A stretch of DNA of 64,000 nt from sequence record NC_042307.1. One strand, given 5' to 3'. Positions 38,051 through 47,529 of this stretch are shown here, piece after piece (the stretch's first letter is position 1; every line of letters starts with the position of its first letter). Position numbers and translations under genes: made by a program. Source of the stretch: a phage. The notes below the pieces were generated by a model. That model did no database searches and was not told the origin of the DNA. It saw only the letters and a list, made by a program, of their open reading frames with translations.

Positions 38051-38661
38051 AAACTTTCCCGTAAATTTAATGAGATGCCGGAATATGTTCCGTTATTATT
38101 TAATGTAGATCCGAAAGCATCACCATTCATGAGTTTTGTTCTAAATAGTATCCCATTAAATACTGGTTTTTCAGCTCCAGTAGTAGTTACAAATAAATCA
38201 GGGTATAAATTTATAGACCATATATTGCCTGATTTGTTAAATGATGTTATTTTATATACTTTTGGGTGGTTAGACAGCTTAAATAGATCCCCCGGTTTTG
38301 GAGTACCCGTTAGGAGCCCTTTTGTATCCATAGTAATATTGGAACCTTTTTGTCCTGCTGGTATATTTACTGAGTTAGTATTACCCCTAACCCTAAAAGC
38401 CTCATACTGAGGTAATATAACATCAATGTAGCCTCCTGTCCTCTTATACTCTAGAATAAAGGAATCTAGAACACTATATTCATCTGGAAACAATTCTGGG
38501 TAAGAAATGTTTATACCCCAGTACTGAGCAGATACCTTAACTTCGTTAACTTTACCATTAGGTAACTCATCACGAATTACTGGGTCATTATCAATCAGGT
38601 TAACACTTTCGAATCCTAATCCTGAAAGTTCTGGATTCGTGTATGGGTCTGGTAATCTCAT
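38047..38661 (-). CDS. distal tail protein (Dit; T5 pb9-like)
   Basis: 204 aa, immediately downstream of tape-measure gene; AGGAG RBS; synteny. Confidence 0.55.
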   Translation of the reverse strand: MRLPDPYTNPELSGLGFESVNLIDNDPVIRDELPNGKVNEVKVSAQYWGINISYPELFPDEYSVLDSFILEYKRTGGYIDVILPQYEAFRVRGNTNSVNIPAGQKGSNITMDTKGLLTGTPKPGDLFKLSNHPKVYKITSFNKSGNIWSINLYPDLFVTTTGAEKPVFNGILFRTKLMNGDAFGSTLNNNGTYSGISLNLRESL

Positions 38662-38736
38662 AGTTAATTTCTCCTCTTAGATACAATTATTATAATAGTA
38701 TTAGAAAATTTTATCAAGAAATTTTTATTTTTCCAT

Positions 38737-38765
38737 AAAGAAAAGGAGGACTCAAAGTCCTCCTC
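38737..38765 (-). terminator. possible intra-operon terminator/attenuator between tape-measure and Dit genes
   Basis: aggaggact-caa-agtcctcct hairpin followed on minus strand by ttttcttt. Confidence 0.35.
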
Positions 38766-38770
38766 CAGTT

Positions 38771-41700
38771 TTAAGAATTTCCTAGTGTTTTTAGGCTAGC
38801 ACCATTCTCATTCAGAGCTAATTCTACTGCATCCCTCAGAGCACCGCTATTACTAGAGGCGAACTCTCTAAAACTAGCGGCATCCATAGCACTAATATTC
38901 AGGATGATAGGTCTTCCTGAGGTTGAATTAGAGGAATTTTTTAACTCATCATTAGGCGTAGCTTTCATAGGAATCATAGGTGTAATTACTTCTGTACCAT
39001 GTTCTCCCATCTGGTAGCTAACCCCTGGGTACATATTACCACCTTCGGCACGCGGCACAAATGAATTAGCATTACCAATACCTTGATCACCACGTACATA
39101 AGATAGTTCTCCAGCATTAGCAGACATAGATACATCAATGTTCTTCTGACGCTCTCCAAGAGTTAAATAACTAGTAGTATCCGCTCCAGAATCTGCAATA
39201 CTTGACATACTAGAGGCAGAGGATGCCTGCGCTAATGCCAGAGCACCTGCTAATCCTGCCGCTACCATCAGAGGGATAGAGAACGGGTATGGTACAGCTG
39301 TTGCTGCCTGCATAACTGCTACTGCAGTTTGGATGATAATCTGCTTCTTAGCTGCATCTTGTTGAATCTTCAGCTTTTCAGCTTCTAGCTTCTTCAATTT
39401 AGCTTTAGATGCTTCTGATTTACCATCACGTTTCTGCTCCGCTGCGATAGCTGCATCAATAGCACTAACCTGTTGACTAGTACTATACTGAATCATAGAA
39501 GATACAGTTTGCATGCCAGAAGCAATCAAGGAGGTAGTATCTAGGGATCCCTGAGAGAACTGAATCATAGCGTTAGTTAAGTTACCCATACTTTGAGCCA
39601 CAGCGGTTGCTTCAGAATTTAATTCAGATAGCTTAGAGATTGCCTGATCATAAGAAGCCATTCTATTTTGCATATCTGCAAAATCTTTGTCTTCCCCAGA
39701 TAGTCCAGTTGTAGGAGTGTACACAGCACCCACAGAAGATCCTACCTGTTGCTGCATTTGGCCTTCTCTTTGCTTTCTAAGTTGCTCTAGAGCAGCAGCA
39801 GTTTTATAGATCTCATTACGATACTTGATCTCTTCTTCGGTATTGCCCTTAGATAGTTCTAGCTGTTCTTGCAAAACAGATAATCTTTCCGTAAGAATCT
39901 GAGCTTGGCCAGTAACATTTCTTTGTGTTTGGCTGACTTCTAGTGCATCCATGAGAGCTGATACATGTGAGGCAGTTGCCTGCTTCTCCGCCTCCCATAA
40001 CTCCCGGCTTATTTGTGCTTGCGCACGTCTAGACTGTTCCGCCTCTTTCTGTTTGTCCGCTTGTTTTGTATACCATTCGTACTTCTCTTTCTCTACAGTT
40101 AGTTCTAGTTTTAGCTGAGCTAATCTATATTGAGTAGTAGTCATAGTACGGTCATTCAGAAGAGCTATCTCACGATCTACACCAAGAATTTTATCTGTGT
40201 AATCCTTGACCTTCTTCTGGGCTTCCATACCCTGATTGGTAAGTTTAAGTTTCTCCAGCTGAATTTTTTCAATTTCTTTCTCAACAGCTTTATTTCCCTG
40301 GTTTGTTTGAAGAACACGGCGTAAAGCAGCTTCTTGCTCTTCTAACTGTTGCAACTCTAAACGTCTACCAGCTTCCTGAGCCTTTTCCTTATCCTTAGTT
40401 TGATTATACACATCTGCTATCTTCTGATGAACAGCCAACTGATTCTTAGTCTCATTACCAGTTAGCTTAACGTATTCAGACAAGGCTTGAGAAGCAGTTT
40501 TCATCTCAGATAGTGTGTTATAACCTAGGTTAAGGTTTTTAACATACTCATCTGCGCTTTTACCGGTACCTTGAGATAGAGATTCTATGTTTTTTATAGC
40601 ATCTGCTAAAGTAGCACTAGTTTTAGCTGCAGTATCTGTATTCTGAGCAACGTTTTGTATATCATTAGCTAAGTCACTAGCAGTTTTCTTAGTTTGATTA
40701 TATGCTTTCTGTTGTTCAGTTAGTCCTTTTAATACTGTGGAGTTAAAGTCATATACAGCACCAGGATCAGTAGTATCCCTCTGTAGATTAATCTGTTTTT
40801 GGAATTCTGGATTAGCTTTTGCAGCAGCAGCACCCGCAGCTTGATAGGCTGACTTCCAAGCATTAAGGTTTTCAGTAGAATCTTCTACCTCCTTACCTAG
40901 TCTGGTTACTTGTAGACCCATAGCCGCAGTTTCTTCTACGAATTTTTTATTAGCTTCGGAAGCACCGGCAGCAGCAAGACCAACAGGAATACCTTCACCA
41001 ACTTGACGTATGGCTAATCTTGTATAGAAATCCGCTTGCTCCATTCGTTTATCGAATTCGGATTTTAGCTTATTACGCTTATCAAGAGATTCCTTATACA
41101 TATCTAGAGCTTTATTATAGCCTTCTTCAGAAGCGGCCAAACTTAAAGCAACAGCACCAACGTTGGTAGGATCTATCTGTCTATTAGTTTTTTCTTGAGC
41201 TCTAGCTGCTTCAGCAGATACAGAAGCCTGAGAAGTATAAAATACTGTGTTGATAGCATCAATTACTGGCCCTAAGTACTTAGCAGCAGCCTGCTGAATC
41301 TTTCTCAGTGCGGCATCAGCATTAGCGGCAAACTGCTCCCACGGGGTAGCACGTAAAACTTCATCTAAGTAACCAAAACGTTTAGTAGACTCTGCTATAA
41401 CAGCATTAGCATACGCTTGCTGTTTCTGGAAGGTAGTAAGGCTATTAATATTATATGTTATACCTGTGTTTGCAGCATTTAACTGTTTAACGTAATCAGC
41501 ATAAGCATCGTTAAGACGAATAGTAACACCAAGCTCATCCAGAAGTTCGATTTCCTGTTTAGATACACCCTTAATTACACGGTTAAGTGCATCAGTCATA
41601 TCAACGCCAAGAACAGCAGCAGCACGACGAGCTACTAGACCAAATTTATTAAGTTGTTCAGCATCAAAACCGTATGCAGAAGCAGAGGATGCTTGTCTCA

Positions 41701-42451
41701 TAGCTTCTTCAAAGGAAATAGCGTACCCGGCTGCTTCTTGTAGGGATCTAGCAAGGGACTGAACAGGAGTACCTGTCTGAGTACCCACTATAACACCAAA
41801 TTTTTCTAGACGATTTAGCTGATCACCTAGTTTAAGTTGTTCGAATGCAGATTGCAAAACGAAGATGTTGGAAGCAAGAGCTGCATACATAATAGGTAAA
41901 CTACCACCGATCTTAGCCATTGCTGCAAAGTCACGGGTAGCCCCACGTGCCGAACCAGAAGTATTACCAATAGCTCTAGAAGCTCTACCAGCAGCACCAG
42001 TAGTATCATTAAAGCCTTTAGCCGTACCTCCTAAAGCCCTATTAGTGTCGTATAACCTATCTTGAACTTTCTCTGTTGCAGCTGCAACATCATTGCCCAT
42101 TGTTTTAACAGATCTAGAAACTCCATCGAATCCAACTTCTAGCTTATCAGCTACCTCGATCATTGTAATAGCAAGGTCGTCCAGCTTAGCTCCTATATCA
42201 TTAATAGATTTAGTAACACTAAGCATACCCCTACTAGCCTGCATTTTAGTAAGACTTTTTGCTGCTCTATCTGCTGCCCTCTCAATGGAGTATAGAGTTT
42301 TGGGCATTTTACCTAACTGTTCATTCGTTAGCTCAGAAGCCGCAGCAGCATTCTCTAATGCATCAGATACGTTTTCAATAGACTTTGCAGTACGAGTTGC
42401 CCCCTTCTGTTTAACGTCTATTAGTAATTCTCGTATTAGCTTATCAGTCAT
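38771..42451 (-). CDS. tail tape-measure protein (T5 pb2-like)
   Basis: 1226 aa, extensive coiled-coil, C-terminal hydrophobic segment (IIIQTAVAVMQAATAVPYPFSIPLMVAAGLAGALALAQ); downstream of chaperone pair. Confidence 0.8.
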   Translation of the reverse strand: MTDKLIRELLIDVKQKGATRTAKSIENVSDALENAAAASELTNEQLGKMPKTLYSIERAADRAAKSLTKMQASRGMLSVTKSINDIGAKLDDLAITMIEVADKLEVGFDGVSRSVKTMGNDVAAATEKVQDRLYDTNRALGGTAKGFNDTTGAAGRASRAIGNTSGSARGATRDFAAMAKIGGSLPIMYAALASNIFVLQSAFEQLKLGDQLNRLEKFGVIVGTQTGTPVQSLARSLQEAAGYAISFEEAMRQASSASAYGFDAEQLNKFGLVARRAAAVLGVDMTDALNRVIKGVSKQEIELLDELGVTIRLNDAYADYVKQLNAANTGITYNINSLTTFQKQQAYANAVIAESTKRFGYLDEVLRATPWEQFAANADAALRKIQQAAAKYLGPVIDAINTVFYTSQASVSAEAARAQEKTNRQIDPTNVGAVALSLAASEEGYNKALDMYKESLDKRNKLKSEFDKRMEQADFYTRLAIRQVGEGIPVGLAAAGASEANKKFVEETAAMGLQVTRLGKEVEDSTENLNAWKSAYQAAGAAAAKANPEFQKQINLQRDTTDPGAVYDFNSTVLKGLTEQQKAYNQTKKTASDLANDIQNVAQNTDTAAKTSATLADAIKNIESLSQGTGKSADEYVKNLNLGYNTLSEMKTASQALSEYVKLTGNETKNQLAVHQKIADVYNQTKDKEKAQEAGRRLELQQLEEQEAALRRVLQTNQGNKAVEKEIEKIQLEKLKLTNQGMEAQKKVKDYTDKILGVDREIALLNDRTMTTTQYRLAQLKLELTVEKEKYEWYTKQADKQKEAEQSRRAQAQISRELWEAEKQATASHVSALMDALEVSQTQRNVTGQAQILTERLSVLQEQLELSKGNTEEEIKYRNEIYKTAAALEQLRKQREGQMQQQVGSSVGAVYTPTTGLSGEDKDFADMQNRMASYDQAISKLSELNSEATAVAQSMGNLTNAMIQFSQGSLDTTSLIASGMQTVSSMIQYSTSQQVSAIDAAIAAEQKRDGKSEASKAKLKKLEAEKLKIQQDAAKKQIIIQTAVAVMQAATAVPYPFSIPLMVAAGLAGALALAQASSASSMSSIADSGADTTSYLTLGERQKNIDVSMSANAGELSYVRGDQGIGNANSFVPRAEGGNMYPGVSYQMGEHGTEVITPMIPMKATPNDELKNSSNSTSGRPIILNISAMDAASFREFASSNSGALRDAVELALNENGASLKTLGNS

Positions 42452-42465
42452 ATTTTATTTTTCCC

Positions 42466-42498
42466 AATAAAAAGGCTCTGGGCATATCACCCAGAGCC
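42466..42498 (-). terminator. rho-independent terminator directly upstream of tape-measure start
   Basis: ggctctggg-catatca-cccagagcc followed on minus strand by tttttattgggaaaaataaaatATG. Confidence 0.6.
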
Positions 42499-42534
42499 AA
42501 GCCTCATCGTGGAACGCCCCATTGGAGGAAACTT

Positions 42535-42903
42535 TTACCGTGCACGAGATCTAGCATGTGGCTTAACGTTAGGTATTCTACCGTTTTGCGGCTTATGCTT
42601 CTCAGCACGTTTACGTGCAGCGTCTACAGCTTTAGCATCAAATATATTGATGATGTGTAGAACAAATTCTTTTTCTATAGGATCGGTAATCCCATAAATA
42701 TCGAATAAAACACCTAGGGCAGCCTTGTCTTTACCTATAAAGATAGGGAAGTCACCAGGTATGAAACAGTCAACTAGACTATTATAAATATTCATACTAA
42801 TAGCTACAATAGGTGGAAAATCTTCAAGTTCAACAGGCATAGCCTTAGGATCAGGTTCTATACCCATTGACTCACAAAGTATTAAATATTGTTGTTTAGT
42901 CAT
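42535..42903 (-). CDS. tail assembly chaperone, downstream ORF (candidate T-like extension)
   Basis: 122 aa; no Shine-Dalgarno upstream of ATG; frame stays open upstream into the end of the preceding ORF (42968-42990). Confidence 0.45.
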   Translation of the reverse strand: MTKQQYLILCESMGIEPDPKAMPVELEDFPPIVAISMNIYNSLVDCFIPGDFPIFIGKDKAALGVLFDIYGITDPIEKEFVLHIINIFDAKAVDAARKRAEKHKPQNGRIPNVKPHARSRAR

Positions 42904-42964
42904 TTTAGATGCTGAGCTTTTAATACACTTATCTGCAAAATCAGCAACAGCATCTAGTAGTTCT

Positions 42965-43369
42965 TTACGCTTTTGAGCTACGAAAAGTGTCTAAGTGGAA
43001 CACTGTCTGGTTGATCCAAGAATCAAACGCAGCAGAGTTCTGCATAAGCATTACAGCATTATCACGACTAAATGAAACTTCAGTAGCAGGATCAGCATCT
43101 GTTTCAATCAGCATCAGTTTTTCAACATCGCCTACAGTCAAACCAGTCCAACCTTTAATCGCAGCATCAACGAAAGCCTCAATAAACTTATCGTCATCCT
43201 GTACTTGAATTAGAGTACCATTAACCCATTCATCGCGTTTGGCAGAAGAGACAACACGCTTAGAAGTAGCACGAGACATGTAGTTAAGCTCTAGCTTAAA
43301 GTTTGGCATACCTGGGTATGAAAGAGTAATAGTACGGGTATCAAGAGTAATATCTTTTAAGTTAATCAT
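42965..43369 (-). CDS. tail assembly chaperone, upstream ORF (G-like)
   Basis: Start moved to ATG 43367-43369 (GGAGA RBS 8 nt upstream); position immediately upstream of tape-measure gene. Confidence 0.5.
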   Translation of the reverse strand: MINLKDITLDTRTITLSYPGMPNFKLELNYMSRATSKRVVSSAKRDEWVNGTLIQVQDDDKFIEAFVDAAIKGWTGLTVGDVEKLMLIETDADPATEVSFSRDNAVMLMQNSAAFDSWINQTVFHLDTFRSSKA

Positions 43370-44264
43370 TTTTAATTTCTCCAAAGAAATCTATTCTCAC
43401 AGGGTCTGAAGAAGCAGTAGGTATAATATCCCACTCAACTTTATACACATCTGAGAAATTTAGGCGTTTTGTAATACGTGCTAAAGGAAAATCTATAGAA
43501 ATATTATTATTTCTTATATTTAAAGGTACATCGGTTTCTGGTTCAATATTGTAAACCATATCTCCAGCAAAACGTTTTAAGTAATATAGAGAAATGGTTG
43601 CTGAAGCATTCATTTCATTTACATAGGCTCTTTTATTATTATAGACTTTATTTATATCAAAAACACTCTTATCTTCTCTCCAAGAGCATTGCTGTTGAAA
43701 AGATAAAGAAGCGGAAATAAGACCAGGTAAGATGCTACCGTTAGTAGAAACTATTACCGGGCTATAAGACATTGCTTCACCCTGTATAATAGAAGCTGCT
43801 TCTCTATATGTAGATACTTCGGAGAATTTCCCTGATTCGATACCAACGTTAAGAATTGGTATATTCTTATCCAAAGAAAAATCTACAGTAGATACATAGC
43901 AGTTCTCAAAATATACACAGTTATTATCTTTATTTACTATATAGATATTAAACATAATAGGTTCAATATTGTTACTATATAGTGGTAGTAAGAAAGTATT
44001 ACCTTTTCTATCAAAACCTAGCCATTCAAAAAAGTTAGCTTCAGTAAGTGTATTACTAAAATTTATTGCTAATGATATGGAAGAAGGAGTTTGAGCATTT
44101 ATAATAGAGTCTGCATAGTTAGTTCTACGATGAATAGTCCTACGAAGAGTCTTAAATTCTTCGTAGGAGGTTTGTACATCATAGTTTGTTAGGGCATCAA
44201 AATGAAATGCCCTACCATCATACTCAACTAAAACTTTTGACTCTCGCATTAGAGAGTAGTACAT
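43362..44264 (-). CDS. tail protein (T5 p140-like by size and position)
   Basis: 300 aa between tail tube gene and chaperone genes. Confidence 0.45.
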   Translation of the reverse strand: MYYSLMRESKVLVEYDGRAFHFDALTNYDVQTSYEEFKTLRRTIHRRTNYADSIINAQTPSSISLAINFSNTLTEANFFEWLGFDRKGNTFLLPLYSNNIEPIMFNIYIVNKDNNCVYFENCYVSTVDFSLDKNIPILNVGIESGKFSEVSTYREAASIIQGEAMSYSPVIVSTNGSILPGLISASLSFQQQCSWREDKSVFDINKVYNNKRAYVNEMNASATISLYYLKRFAGDMVYNIEPETDVPLNIRNNNISIDFPLARITKRLNFSDVYKVEWDIIPTASSDPVRIDFFGEIKND

Positions 44265-44268
44265 TTAT

Positions 44269-45675
44269 TTAACCACCAGCACTAACTGTGATAGTTTTAG
44301 TACCTTCTACACCAGAACCGTCTTTAGCTACAGCCTTCACAGTAACTTCACCAGTTCTAGAAGCATCGGCTGTTAATAGTCCAGATTCGGCATCAATCGT
44401 AGCGGCGTCACCACTAGAGATAGACCAAGTCACAGCCTTATTAGTAGCTTCTGGAGGTGTTACCTCAACAGACATCTGTAAAGTATTACTATTTGTTACA
44501 GAAGTAGCATCAGCAGCAGATTTAACTGTGATTGATTCGACTAGTTTTGGTGGAGTTTTAGCACCATCCCCCGTAGCAATCAGATTAGCCACAGTAGTTT
44601 TTGTATACTTGTTAGAAAATCCAAGATAACCTTCGTCACCAGTATCCAAATCTGTAGGAATAGCCTTAAACTCTACTGAAGTACCAAGTACATCATCAGT
44701 CTCAATAGTAGGAATGTTAACGTGTGCCTGTTTAGCAACTAACACAGCTGCCGGACGTTCATCATCATATTCACCACCGAGGATAAGTGCGATTTCAAAA
44801 CGGTTAACTACCTTAAGGGTTTTAATTAGATCTTTATATAATTCCATAGATCCTAGAGCTTTATCGTTAAGGTATGCCGTTAGAGAACCCGTTAACTCAA
44901 ATGCACCTGTAAATGAGCCAATTGAAATATTTACACGTGACATAATATCCGGGGTTAGGTACGTGATGTTGTTATTAATGGTAAAAGTACCACCAGTAAT
45001 AGGAATATCATATGCCTTATCAGAATCCATATCCTTAATTTTCAGGATAGTTAACTTGTTCTTAATGTAAGAACTCTGAATAGTCATATAGGTTTCATCA
45101 TCAATACCTAATGCATCCGGATCAAATGGTTGCGCATCCAGAGGAATAAGCTGATTACCATTACCAGACCAAGTTACACGACCAATATCCTCAATATCAA
45201 CGTTAACTTCTGCCTGATTAATCTGACAGGAATCGATATAACTCCATGCTTTATCAGTCAGAATATAAATATGTAACATTGCTAACTCATGATAAGAGTT
45301 ATCTTTAAAGTTAACCATGAAGTTAGCTTCATTATTATGCGCACCTGTGTCTCCCTCAAGGTTTAATGCTTTACCACTAGAAAGAGCGTGCCATAACATA
45401 TAGTCAGGAACAATCTGTTTGTTAGTAGTTTTATCTTTATATGGCAGGATATAAGTAGAGAAACTCCACTCAGCCGCGTTTAAAGAGTCATTAAAACGTT
45501 TAGAACCACGAGTTGGACGCGGACCAGCTTCATTAACAGTAATATCTGTTGAGTTACTGTCCTGACCCCAAGAAATATCATCCTGAACTAGAATCTCTTG
45601 CGTGTTGGTCTTATCATGACCAGTCTTAACCGTAGACACGAAGATTCGAGTATTACGTAATAGTTGTAAAGACAT
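44269..45675 (-). CDS. major tail tube protein with C-terminal Ig-like (Big_2-type) domain (T5 pb6-like)
   Basis: 468 aa; C-terminal AVTWSISSGDAATIDAESGLLTADASRTGEVTVKAVAKDGSGVEGTKTITV typical of Big_2 decoration domains. Confidence 0.75.
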   Translation of the reverse strand: MSLQLLRNTRIFVSTVKTGHDKTNTQEILVQDDISWGQDSNSTDITVNEAGPRPTRGSKRFNDSLNAAEWSFSTYILPYKDKTTNKQIVPDYMLWHALSSGKALNLEGDTGAHNNEANFMVNFKDNSYHELAMLHIYILTDKAWSYIDSCQINQAEVNVDIEDIGRVTWSGNGNQLIPLDAQPFDPDALGIDDETYMTIQSSYIKNKLTILKIKDMDSDKAYDIPITGGTFTINNNITYLTPDIMSRVNISIGSFTGAFELTGSLTAYLNDKALGSMELYKDLIKTLKVVNRFEIALILGGEYDDERPAAVLVAKQAHVNIPTIETDDVLGTSVEFKAIPTDLDTGDEGYLGFSNKYTKTTVANLIATGDGAKTPPKLVESITVKSAADATSVTNSNTLQMSVEVTPPEATNKAVTWSISSGDAATIDAESGLLTADASRTGEVTVKAVAKDGSGVEGTKTITVSAGG

Positions 45676-45701
45676 TTAATTATTTTCTCCTAATCTGTAA
45701 C

Positions 45702-46187
45702 TTATCTGCGAAGTGACCTACGTGGAGGCTGATACCTCACTGTTACATTTATTTCTGCTAAACCATATGGGGCCAGTAGACCCTCATCTGTACTAACTGA
45801 TGTAATGCTCATATCAGTCGCCTCACATGGGAAGGTCGATCCATTAGGTTTACTAACAGTATATTCTAAATTTCCACCTGTGTCAATAACGGTTTTTATA
45901 TCCGCTACGAGTTTTTCAAGTTGCTCTTGAATGTCTGTTTTCTCTTTATCGTACACCAGGATTGGAAGTTCTAAAAACATCCACTGTTGACCTGAAGGAA
46001 GATACTGCCCAGTTTCAGTTCCGATATGAACTGCAACATAAGGAAACTCTCGTATCTCCTCAAACTTATAAGTTTGACGTGAGACGTTTCCATACAAGTT
46101 ATTAAAATATTCATCTGGTCGGGAGCCATCCATTTGTTTGGCTATTCGATCAACCAGAGCTTGTGCTATACTTGTTCTGTGATCCAT
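45702..46187 (-). CDS. tail terminator-like protein
   Basis: 161 aa directly upstream of tail tube gene; synteny only. Confidence 0.4.
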   Translation of the reverse strand: MDHRTSIAQALVDRIAKQMDGSRPDEYFNNLYGNVSRQTYKFEEIREFPYVAVHIGTETGQYLPSGQQWMFLELPILVYDKEKTDIQEQLEKLVADIKTVIDTGGNLEYTVSKPNGSTFPCEATDMSITSVSTDEGLLAPYGLAEINVTVRYQPPRRSLRR

Positions 46188-46190
46188 TTA

Positions 46191-46958
46191 TTAGGTTCCT
46201 TGATTAACCTTAATTTTGTATCTGGAGTGAATTAAGTCTCTTGCAGCTTTAGCTATAGCCTCTCCAATTAGTCTTTGAGGGTTTCTAGCACCTGGGTAGG
46301 GTCGTAATGACAATCTTCGATATGTAGATACTGCAGGATTAAATACTGAATATGGACGTACCATATAATTATATGTAACATTTAATTCAGGAGCACCTTT
46401 GCTAGTTCCAGCATCTCTAAGCATAACATCTTTAACTTTTAGAGAATTTGCAAAACGACCTGTTCTAAATTTAAGTGGAGCTCCTGCTTTTTTCATATCC
46501 TTTATTAAGTATTCTTTAGCAACCAACTCCAGAATAACCTTCATATTACTGTTTGATACAAAACGACCAGAAGCACCTGTTACTGCGCCGGAATACCCAC
46601 CCTCAACATCACTAGGATCACCAAAGTTTACCTGTACCCTACCAGTAGAACGTTTTTTACCTACAGAGGATTTTTTACCAGCGGTTGCTTGAATAAGGCT
46701 TTCTAAAGCCCCTAAGTCTCCTGTTAGATCTAAGCTAGAAGATACAGCTTTTAGAATAGAAGCGGTCCTAACATTAAGGAGATCTTGGGATACAGGTTTT
46801 GAGAACTTAAAAGATACCTGAGCAACAGTACCATCCCTAGTAGGATCTTTTAGTCCTGTTTCAATAGAATATACAACAGTATTCTTATTGTTCTCGGAAC
46901 GCCCAACATTATCTAGCTGCTCCTTAATAATTTGTGTAGCTAAGTCAGAAAGAGACAT
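46191..46958 (-). CDS. head-tail joining / tail completion protein (hypothetical)
   Basis: 255 aa in neck-gene position; synteny only. Confidence 0.4.
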   Translation of the reverse strand: MSLSDLATQIIKEQLDNVGRSENNKNTVVYSIETGLKDPTRDGTVAQVSFKFSKPVSQDLLNVRTASILKAVSSSLDLTGDLGALESLIQATAGKKSSVGKKRSTGRVQVNFGDPSDVEGGYSGAVTGASGRFVSNSNMKVILELVAKEYLIKDMKKAGAPLKFRTGRFANSLKVKDVMLRDAGTSKGAPELNVTYNYMVRPYSVFNPAVSTYRRLSLRPYPGARNPQRLIGEAIAKAARDLIHSRYKIKVNQGT

Positions 46959-47470
46959 TATACTCTCCTGTAAACTTCAATAATAGTACGAATATGCTCT
47001 GGAATACCAGACTTAGTATTATTAAAAGTAACTGTTTCTCCGCCAATTGTTTTAGCTTGACGGTAATCCTGTTTATGCCAATGATCTACTAGCATACATG
47101 CTGCAAGTTTGAGATCCTCAGGTATTGGATTAAATCCACCTTGTGTGTATTCTACATCCATATAACCTTCCGGAGGATTAAATTTAAGAAGTATAACCCC
47201 ATCAGAGTACAACTTATACTGTTCGGGATCTATCTCCTTATCATTAATAGTCATTTTGGTTACTGAAGTAGCTGAGGGAGAACTTAAAAAGTATTTTTTA
47301 CGAGTAGGTTTTGTATTGATTAACTGGTCTACCGCATCAGCATCATCCATACCTAAAAGGCTAGTAATCAGCGCATTGGCAGCAGTAATCATCATCTCTA
47401 TTCCAGATTCTAGTTCAGGTCGTTTTAAACCACCGTATAATCTATAGTCTTCAGCTGTGATTATTTGCAT
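46958..47470 (-). CDS. head completion / adaptor-like protein (hypothetical)
   Basis: 170 aa; ATG preceded by conserved tttttattgggaaaaataa element. Confidence 0.4.
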   Translation of the reverse strand: MQIITAEDYRLYGGLKRPELESGIEMMITAANALITSLLGMDDADAVDQLINTKPTRKKYFLSSPSATSVTKMTINDKEIDPEQYKLYSDGVILLKFNPPEGYMDVEYTQGGFNPIPEDLKLAACMLVDHWHKQDYRQAKTIGGETVTFNNTKSGIPEHIRTIIEVYRRV

Positions 47471-47482
47471 TTATTTTTCCCA

Positions 47483-47510
47483 ATAAAAAAGGAGAGCCGA
47501 AGCTCTCCTT
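47483..47510 (-). terminator. rho-independent terminator downstream of major capsid gene
   Basis: aaggagagc-cgaa-gctctcctt followed on minus strand by ttttttattggg. Confidence 0.65.
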
Positions 47511-47529
47511 ATCGGCTGAAAAGCCTGTA

